64,000 bases of DNA from Spirochaetia bacterium (GTDB taxonomy: Bacteria; Spirochaetota; Spirochaetia; UBA9216): NCBI GenBank assembly GCA_965140585.1, contig OZ223272.1, positions 274,775 through 338,774 on the forward strand, written 5' to 3'. Of this stretch, positions 57,168 through 64,000 are shown one piece after another (the stretch's first letter is position 1; the number at the start of each line of letters is the position of its first letter). The position numbers and the translations under genes are program-made. The notes beneath the pieces were generated by a model. That model saw nothing but the letters and a program-made list of their open reading frames with translations. It was not told the DNA's origin and made no database searches.

Positions 57168-59084
57168 TTAGATATTCAGTGCAGCGTAGAATCCTTCCTT
57201 GGTACACCACTCAACAGTTCTCGGCTTCACACAGTCTCCAATTTCATGAAAATCGTCGGCACAGTTCATAAAACTGTCCGCCAGAGCCTGAAGCGGCCTT
57301 AACCCCACCGCAAGCAGAACACTGTCAGTTTCCACCTCGGCAGACTGTCCGTCAATTTCATAAATGACAGAGCCTTCAGCGATTTTGGTGCAGACAGCGT
57401 TCAGAATTACATTGATTTTATCAGCATGGTTACGGGCTTCAACAAGAAGCTCATCACGATGAGTCTTGGAAGCGTCTCCGGCAAGCTCGGACATCATCTC
57501 AATAATTGTAACCTCATGACCGAGCCTCTCAAGGTGGACTGCCGTCTCAAGACCAACCTGGCCTCCTCCGATAACAGTAACTTTCTTTCCAAGTTTATCC
57601 TCATGCCCTACAGCGGACACGGCAGTTATGGCATTTTCAACTCCCGGAATTGAGGATGGGATAACGGGTTCAGAACCCACAGCGGCAACAACCGAATCAA
57701 AGCCTTTAACCATTTCAGGAGTAGCCTCAGTATTCATCTTAACCGTTACGGGGCTTTTCTTAAGCTGTTCAACAAGCCAGTTTTTATAGTTGGCAAGCGG
57801 CCATTTAAAGGGAATATGATCTGCATACTCAAGCAGCCCGCCAAGAGTATCAGTTTTCTCAAAAAGAGTGACCTCATGTCCAAGTTCAGCAGCCTGCATT
57901 GCGGTAAACATGCCTGCCGGACCTCCGCCTATTACAGCAACCTTCTTTCTTTCAGTTGTCAGAGGAACTCTTTCAATTGCCTCTTCCAGCCCGCAGCGCG
58001 GGTTTACAGCACAAAGCAGATGCTGTGCATAGTTGTCAGAGTCATGACATCGCATACATTTGATACAGGGAGTAACATCATCCGCACAGCCCTCCAGAGT
58101 CTTCTTAATCCAGTCGGGGTCGGCAAAGAACTGCCGGGCGACCATGATGAAGTCGGCCTTGCCGGCGGCAAGAATATCCTCACAGTCCTGAAGTTTGGTA
58201 ATTCCGCCTATTGCAGTAACAAAGCACTTATCGATCTTACCTGACTTCTTCCAGCCTTCGGCAATATAAACATTGGGATTCGGCGGGAGGAATCCGCAGG
58301 GATGCGTCCATGTCATCCAGTCGGGATTATGCATACCGGCACTGGCCTGAAGGATATCGCAGTATTCCTGAAGTATTTCCGCTATACGAATTCCCTCCTC
58401 CTGATCAATACCGCCCTTCTCAAACTCATCTCCGGACATTCTGATGTCAATAATAAAATCATTACCGCAGGCAGCCCTGATACCTTCGAGGATTTCTACT
58501 ATATAATGGCAGCGGTTTTCAGTTGAGCCTCCGTATTCATCAGTCCTATTATTAGTTATGGGGCTTAAGAACTGAGCAATAGGGATACTGTGCCCAAAAT
58601 GAAGCATTACACCGTCAAAACCTGTTTTCTTTATAACAGCAGAGGTTTCAATATACTCGTCGCGAAACCAGTCCATCTTTTCTTTTGGAATTTCGCGGCC
58701 GATTGGAGGTGACCCCATGATGGAACATCCATCGGATACGGTATAGCCGTCAGGGAATACTCCGATAAGCTCCATGGTACATTTAGCACCGTAAAGATGG
58801 ATTCTTTCAGTCAGATCAACCAGACGGTTTGTCTTGTTTCCCATCTTGGTGTCCCATGAACAGTGCAGGCCGTCGTTGAACGCGCCGCCGAGACTCACAC
58901 CTGCGCAGGTTACCAGACCTGCACCCGCAATTGCCCGCTGTTCAAAGAAACGAAGTCCCTCCTCTGTCGGATAAGGCTGCCCCGAAGAGGAACTGTGAAT
59001 TGTACTGGGTGCTGAGATTATTCTATTTTTAAGCACTACACCGCCCACACGGACAGGTGAAAATACATGCGGAAACTGTTTCAT
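57168..59084 (-). CDS. Two-domain OYE-type FMN oxidoreductase plus FAD/NAD(P) domain (enoate reductase / 2,4-dienoyl-CoA-reductase-like)
   Basis: It has an N-terminal TIM-barrel OYE signature, a 'CIKCMRCHD' 4Fe-4S motif, and a C-terminal 'VAVIGGGPAGM' dinucleotide fold. Confidence 0.75.
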   Translation of the reverse strand: MKQFPHVFSPVRVGGVVLKNRIISAPSTIHSSSSGQPYPTEEGLRFFEQRAIAGAGLVTCAGVSLGGAFNDGLHCSWDTKMGNKTNRLVDLTERIHLYGAKCTMELIGVFPDGYTVSDGCSIMGSPPIGREIPKEKMDWFRDEYIETSAVIKKTGFDGVMLHFGHSIPIAQFLSPITNNRTDEYGGSTENRCHYIVEILEGIRAACGNDFIIDIRMSGDEFEKGGIDQEEGIRIAEILQEYCDILQASAGMHNPDWMTWTHPCGFLPPNPNVYIAEGWKKSGKIDKCFVTAIGGITKLQDCEDILAAGKADFIMVARQFFADPDWIKKTLEGCADDVTPCIKCMRCHDSDNYAQHLLCAVNPRCGLEEAIERVPLTTERKKVAVIGGGPAGMFTAMQAAELGHEVTLFEKTDTLGGLLEYADHIPFKWPLANYKNWLVEQLKKSPVTVKMNTEATPEMVKGFDSVVAAVGSEPVIPSSIPGVENAITAVSAVGHEDKLGKKVTVIGGGQVGLETAVHLERLGHEVTIIEMMSELAGDASKTHRDELLVEARNHADKINVILNAVCTKIAEGSVIYEIDGQSAEVETDSVLLAVGLRPLQALADSFMNCADDFHEIGDCVKPRTVEWCTKEGFYAALNI

Positions 59085-59103
59085 CTATTATTACTCCATT
59101 AAA

Positions 59104-60159
59104 TTAAAGACTCGGGTCTATTAATACTTTAAGATGCCCTTTGCGGCTTTCGGCACCGATATACTTTTCAACAGCATCATCAAGACTGAGTACACCTGTC
59201 ACCATTCCGGGAAATGAAATCTTTCCTGCAGCAAGCATTTCAAGGTACATAATAACTTCTTCCTCTGTGTAGACAAAGGTGAAAAGTAAATCCGGCTCAA
59301 AAATTGAGAAACGGCCCGGAGTAATTTCAAAGGGCTCGTTGATTGTTCCGATTACCACAACCTGTCCGCCGGGTTTTACCGCCTGAAAAACACAGTTGTT
59401 GAAACTTGCATGATTTCCCGCGCACTCAAAGACAACATCGGCACCTACCGGTGTTCCAAGAATCTTTTTGATCTCGCCACCGAGATCATTACACTTCTTT
59501 GAGTTAATAAAGTAATCGGCCCCGTACTGTTTAAGAATCGGTTCCTTCTCATCAGAAGTACCGAGAACAATAATCCTGTTAGCACCGCCCGCCTTCAGAA
59601 ACTGTATTGCAGCAAGACCTATCGGTCCGGTTCCGCTGACCACGACATTATCACCGATTTTGAAGGTTGATTTTCTGATACCGTGAAGGGCAACACAGAT
59701 TACATCAAACAGGACTGCATCCTTCATATCAACTTCATCGGGAATCTTAATCAACATTGTGTGTGCTGCATCACGCACAAGAAAGTATTCGCAGTAACCG
59801 CCGTCCGGACCGCCGATACCAGGTGTATTGGGGAAACCGTTTATGCAGATATTGGTCTTCCCTTCTTTACATGACGGACAGATTTCAGCACAGGCTGTCG
59901 GAGGTCCGCAAAGCAGTTTATCACCGACAGCAAAGTCGGCAACACCCTCTCCTACCTCCACAACAGTACCGGCATTTTCATGACCGAGAACCATAGGTAG
60001 CTGGATAAATGGAGGATAATGTCCTGCATAAAATTCCACATCGGTACCGCAGATACCGGCATAATTCATCTTTACAACAAGCTGATTAGGACCAGGATGC
60101 GGTACAGGACGGTCCTCAAGTCTAAGGTCGCCGGGACCGTATAATGCTAAAGCTTTCAT
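59104..60159 (-). CDS. Zinc-dependent medium-chain alcohol/polyol dehydrogenase
   Basis: 'GICGTDVEFYAGH' zinc-ligand and 'GTGPIGLAA' NAD motifs are present. Confidence 0.8.
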   Translation of the reverse strand: MKALALYGPGDLRLEDRPVPHPGPNQLVVKMNYAGICGTDVEFYAGHYPPFIQLPMVLGHENAGTVVEVGEGVADFAVGDKLLCGPPTACAEICPSCKEGKTNICINGFPNTPGIGGPDGGYCEYFLVRDAAHTMLIKIPDEVDMKDAVLFDVICVALHGIRKSTFKIGDNVVVSGTGPIGLAAIQFLKAGGANRIIVLGTSDEKEPILKQYGADYFINSKKCNDLGGEIKKILGTPVGADVVFECAGNHASFNNCVFQAVKPGGQVVVIGTINEPFEITPGRFSIFEPDLLFTFVYTEEEVIMYLEMLAAGKISFPGMVTGVLSLDDAVEKYIGAESRKGHLKVLIDPSL

Positions 60160-60360
60160 TCTATTTTTATCTCCTCAAATAGTGTTAGGTAATTTTTTTG
60201 ATATTTAAACACTATTAAAGTCTATTTTTATCCATATGATAGCATTCTGCAGTTTGTTAGTGAAATATTTATTTCGGCGGGAATAATATACTAAAAGGAA
60301 TAACTGATTTTACTGATAAAAAACTTTACAATTCTTATATTCGAATTGTAAGATCTATGA

Positions 60361-61317
60361 GTGAATAAAATAATCAAGATTCTGGCCCTGCTGTTTGGGA
60401 TCTCCTTTATAGTTTTACTTTTTTTTTCAGTCCGCCTTCTTCTGCAGTCACCCTTTGTTTCTGAGAACAATAAAAATGCAGCAGAAGAGAAGATGTACCA
60501 CTATGCCTTTTTTCTTCCTGCAGAAAATTCTTCCTATTTCAGCAGATTAAAAGAAGGTGCCATTGAGGCCGCAGAATCGAGGGGCTGTGCAATCAGCTTC
60601 CATTCAATAGATTCCGATCCGCTCAGTTTTGAAATGGCCAGATATTCCGGGTTTGACGGATTTGGTCTGTATCTTTATGAAAAAGACCGGAGCAAACTTC
60701 AGTATGTATCTGAAATTCTTAAAGAAGGCTTTCCTGTAGTTCAGATCGAAAATGAAATAATTCAGGGGACCGACTCTATTTTCATCGGAACAAATAATTT
60801 TGATGTAGGAAAAGGAATAGGACAGCTGGCTCTTGATACCGGAATCGACAAACTGAATATGGTTCTTGTATACAGTAAAAAAAGTCCCGGAGTCCTGTCC
60901 GACAGGAACCTTGTTGAAATGGGTCTGAAAACTGTTCTCGGAAATAAATTATCCGTATTAAACACGGAAGAAACAAGCTTAAATCCTCTTGCCACCGGAA
61001 TGCTTGCCTATGATTTATTAAGAAAAGATCCTTCAATTGATATTATTGCGCTCACAGATGCCAATGACACTCTAATGACAGTCCAAACTATTATTGATAT
61101 GAATCTCGTCGGAAAGGTCCAGATAATCGGCTTTGGGGAACATGAAACAATAAAATCATATATCGAAAAAGGAGTGCTTCTAGGCAGTATAGTCAGAAAC
61201 CCGTACCGCATAGGTTTTTCAACTGTAATGGCCCTGAAAGAACTTAATACGAACGGTTACACATCTGCCTATGCAGATACAGGCATTACCATACTTTCAG
61301 GAAAGACAAATGAATAA
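60361..61317 (+). CDS. Membrane-anchored periplasmic sugar-binding (PBP type I)-like sensor component
   Basis: It has a GTG start and an N-terminal TM segment, then a PBP-like domain. It sits immediately upstream of a YesM-type kinase and overlaps it. Confidence 0.55.
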   Translation: MNKIIKILALLFGISFIVLLFFSVRLLLQSPFVSENNKNAAEEKMYHYAFFLPAENSSYFSRLKEGAIEAAESRGCAISFHSIDSDPLSFEMARYSGFDGFGLYLYEKDRSKLQYVSEILKEGFPVVQIENEIIQGTDSIFIGTNNFDVGKGIGQLALDTGIDKLNMVLVYSKKSPGVLSDRNLVEMGLKTVLGNKLSVLNTEETSLNPLATGMLAYDLLRKDPSIDIIALTDANDTLMTVQTIIDMNLVGKVQIIGFGEHETIKSYIEKGVLLGSIVRNPYRIGFSTVMALKELNTNGYTSAYADTGITILSGKTNE

Positions 61318-62791
61318 TTCAATAAAAAACAGACTGTTGCTCTATTTTACGATCAGTATGGTAATCATTGTGATTTCTCTGGGCCTTGTCTTTTACAACT
61401 CTCTGAAAATTCAGAATATAGCAGACAAGCGTTTTGAAGACGAACAGTTTCTTCAGGAAATTCAGACGCATCTGACTGATATCCAGGAGCCTCTTGAGAA
61501 TTACCTGACCACCTACTCTTCCTCATCACTTTCAAAACTCCTGTATAAAATAGAAATATTAAATGAATCAATTCCAATTCAGCGCAAAATAACCGCGAAT
61601 GATTCAGATCTGATAAAACGGGAATTGTCTTTTTTACTTGAAAATTATTTAATCCAGTTAAACCAGATTATTGAACAGAAACGCGGGCACAGGGTGAAGG
61701 AGTATACCGAAAACTATCAAAACCTTTACAACCTGTATACTTACATAACCGATAAAATAAATTACGCAAGTCTGCTTGGTTTCCGCGTCCAATTGGAAGA
61801 ATACAGAAATTTTCTGAACCTTTTTCGCCGGATGCAGCTTTACAGCATTATTCAGATACTGCTTGCCACAGCATTCTCGTTTACACTTCTCATGCAGACT
61901 ATTAATAATATTGTAACCCCGATGTACGAGTTATCACTCATGGCCGGCAAACTTTCAAATGGTGAATTTGACATACCTGACATGCATTTTGATTCTGTAA
62001 ATGAAGTCAATCAGGTTTCGGAAGCCTTTAATGATATGAAACTGAATATCCGCCAGTTTGTTGAAGAGCTTCATGAACAGAAAGAAATGGAACAGGAGAT
62101 TATGACGGAGCGAGTTAGAAATTTAAAAATGGAACAGATGCTGAAAAGGATGGAATTGTACACACTTCAGGCACAAATGAATCCTCACTTCCTGTTTAAT
62201 ACAATCAATACAGGAGTACAGTTAGCTATAGTAGAGAATGCAGACAGAACGGCTGAGTTTATGGAAAGTCTTGCAGCCCTTTTCCGGTATAATATCAGAG
62301 AAAAACAGTTTTTCGTCCCGCTGCGCCATGAGCTTGACGGTTTGAAATCTTATTACAACATACTGAAAATCAGATTTCCAAAAACGCTGAATTTCGTTTT
62401 AAATGTCGATGAAGAACTCCTCGATAAATACACATGCCCGTCAATGATACTGCAGCCTCTTGTAGAGAATTCAGTACTTCATGCTTTTAAAAACAAGGAA
62501 GGCATAGGAACGATTACGGTTCATATCAGTTTCGACGATCCAGTTCTGCTGATTTCAGTTCAGGACGACGGGGATGGTATTCCCGAAAAAACGGTCAGGA
62601 AATTATTATTTTCGCATATTCATGATTACCAGTTCAGTTCCAAAGTAATGGGATTGGAAAATGTTATCCAGCGATGTTATTTCTTTTACCCTGATCATAA
62701 GGATGTCATAAATATAAAATCTCATCCCAACGAAGGAACAAACATTGAGATTAGAATACATACCGAGGTTCAGCCATGTATCAAATTATGA
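61310..62791 (+). CDS. Sensor histidine kinase of the His_kinase (LytS/YesM) type with HAMP
   Basis: 'MNPHFLFNTINT' is the PF06580-type H-box. C-terminal HATPase motifs are present. The ATG at 61310 overlaps the upstream stop. Confidence 0.8.
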   Translation: MNNSIKNRLLLYFTISMVIIVISLGLVFYNSLKIQNIADKRFEDEQFLQEIQTHLTDIQEPLENYLTTYSSSSLSKLLYKIEILNESIPIQRKITANDSDLIKRELSFLLENYLIQLNQIIEQKRGHRVKEYTENYQNLYNLYTYITDKINYASLLGFRVQLEEYRNFLNLFRRMQLYSIIQILLATAFSFTLLMQTINNIVTPMYELSLMAGKLSNGEFDIPDMHFDSVNEVNQVSEAFNDMKLNIRQFVEELHEQKEMEQEIMTERVRNLKMEQMLKRMELYTLQAQMNPHFLFNTINTGVQLAIVENADRTAEFMESLAALFRYNIREKQFFVPLRHELDGLKSYYNILKIRFPKTLNFVLNVDEELLDKYTCPSMILQPLVENSVLHAFKNKEGIGTITVHISFDDPVLLISVQDDGDGIPEKTVRKLLFSHIHDYQFSSKVMGLENVIQRCYFFYPDHKDVINIKSHPNEGTNIEIRIHTEVQPCIKL

Positions 62792-64000
62792 TAGTTGATG
62801 ATGAAGAACCTGTTTTAGACAGTTTTGCATTCATACTCAGCAACAATACAACAGACTTTGAACTTTGCGCAAAAGCAAGGTCGGGAACAGAAGCAGTCAG
62901 GCTGATATATGAGCTCTCACCCGATCTTGTTTTCATGGATATACAAATGCCCGGAATAAATGGAATTGATGCGATCGAACAAGTCAGGAAAAGTTTTCCC
63001 AAGACCGTATTTATTCTGGCTACTGCATATGAGCGTTTTGATATAGCTCAAAAAGCAATCCCTCTGGGTGTTTTCAGCTATATTGTCAAACCGATTTCTC
63101 GACAGAGACTCCTTGACGAACTTTCGAGAGTAAAAATCCATCTTGACAATTTAAGAGAAATGGAGCTAAGGAGTCTCGAAGATACCCAGCTTCTGAAGAA
63201 AACAAAGAATGAAGAGACCAAGCGTTTTTTATGCGGCTTAATGTGGCGAGACCACAATGAAAATGACTGGATCCGGTTTTTAAGTCTATTTTCAATAAAC
63301 AGTGACCGCGGTTCAATTTATCTGCTCGAAGCCACAGGCGATATTTCTGAAGACATAAAAAATTCAAACTACGAAATTATCAAAGAAAAAATACAATATA
63401 AATTCTTCTGCCTCAGTACAATCGTTGCAGGCAGAATGCTCATTTTCTTTCCTGAAGAAAAAAGTTTAAACAAACTGGATTTTTATCTTGATGACATTAT
63501 AAAAAAACTAAGCCCCTATACTTTTATCCAGGGCAAGGGCGGGGTTTATCCCCTAACCTCACTGCACAGGTCTTTCTCTGAAGCATTCCAGCCTTTTGCA
63601 ATAGCTTCTGAAAAAGAAGAGACCTATTTCCCTGGCTGGGAAAAAATCAAGTCAGTATGCAACAGCATCATAGACACAAAGAATGAAAATGCTAAAAATA
63701 TTTTTGAAGAGTTCTGGATTGAGATATTTAATAAACTCAGCTTCCAGGTAGCTCTGGGGAAAATGGTTTCATTATTTTCTCTTGTATTAAGCAGAATAGA
63801 TAAACAGGTTTTAATTTCTTCTAACTTTAATTTTGATCCGGCTGAAGAAATAATGGTCTTGACCTCTGTAGAAGAATGGCAGCGATGGTCTTCTCAAATT
63901 TTTGAAAGCCTTAGAATGCATATACAGCTGGGAAAAGACCAGTCTTACCCAAAACCGCTTATCGCTGCGATTGTTTATATAAGGGAAAATTTCCAGAAAC
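62776..64000 (+). CDS. Response regulator with AraC-type output (YesN-like), truncated by the window end
   Basis: The receiver domain reads 'IMIVDDEEPVLDSF...LVFMDIQMPGINGIDAIE'. The ATG at 62776 overlaps the kinase gene end. Confidence 0.75.
   Translation, partial: MYQIMIVDDEEPVLDSFAFILSNNTTDFELCAKARSGTEAVRLIYELSPDLVFMDIQMPGINGIDAIEQVRKSFPKTVFILATAYERFDIAQKAIPLGVFSYIVKPISRQRLLDELSRVKIHLDNLREMELRSLEDTQLLKKTKNEETKRFLCGLMWRDHNENDWIRFLSLFSINSDRGSIYLLEATGDISEDIKNSNYEIIKEKIQYKFFCLSTIVAGRMLIFFPEEKSLNKLDFYLDDIIKKLSPYTFIQGKGGVYPLTSLHRSFSEAFQPFAIASEKEETYFPGWEKIKSVCNSIIDTKNENAKNIFEEFWIEIFNKLSFQVALGKMVSLFSLVLSRIDKQVLISSNFNFDPAEEIMVLTSVEEWQRWSSQIFESLRMHIQLGKDQSYPKPLIAAIVYIRENFQK

Overview
This is a 64 kb chromosomal window at roughly 45% GC from an anaerobic bacterium. 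The gene content is a secreted MsrB-MsrA fusion, FMN-binding lipoproteins, NapH-like and DUF4405 proteins, TRAP and TTT carboxylate transporters, glycyl-radical enzymes and a YesM/YesN-type sugar sensor. That fits a Spirochaetota- or Firmicutes-like organism, but I cannot assign a lineage. About 52 protein-coding genes are supported, and the six-frame track needed several start corrections. I found no rRNA, tRNA, CRISPR array, transposase or integrase. The window is mostly metabolic and transport loci. (1) A PucR-regulated tctBAC (TTT transporter) / MmgE-PrpD-like / CapA-like gene string runs on one strand into an intact orphan glycyl-radical enzyme (GRE). (2) A NikR-controlled FecB/FecCD/FepC-type ABC importer ends in an uncharacterised 176-aa ORF. 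(3) A second, decayed GRE paralog has two in-frame stops and an internal deletion. It keeps a good promoter and sits beside an AraC regulator and a DapA-like/TRAP/large glycosidase-like operon. (4) A HemL-like aminotransferase, Na+/solute symporter, overlapping 40-aa ORF and saccharopine-dehydrogenase-family enzyme form a cluster. (5) A 1074-aa STAND-type ATPase-TPR protein ends in a SARP/BTAD DNA-binding module. (6) A DUF4954 (beta-helix-like) protein sits next to a ManC-like nucleotidyltransferase and FucU. (7) A URO-D/MtaA-family gene is broken at homopolymer runs. (8) A standard OppABCDF plus C69 dipeptidase block is present. (9) An OYE/FAD enoate-reductase-like gene and a Zn-ADH are present. 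(10) A three-component sugar sensor (PBP, His_kinase-type HK, AraC-type RR) is present. Non-coding structures include a promoter/leader-peptide/terminator cassette near 3.25-3.5 kb and a cluster of three near-perfect hairpins at 5.94-6.08 kb. There is a NikR-operator-like palindrome upstream of the ABC importer and palindromes upstream of the sugar-sensor operon. All calls rest on motifs read from the translations; I ran no database searches.
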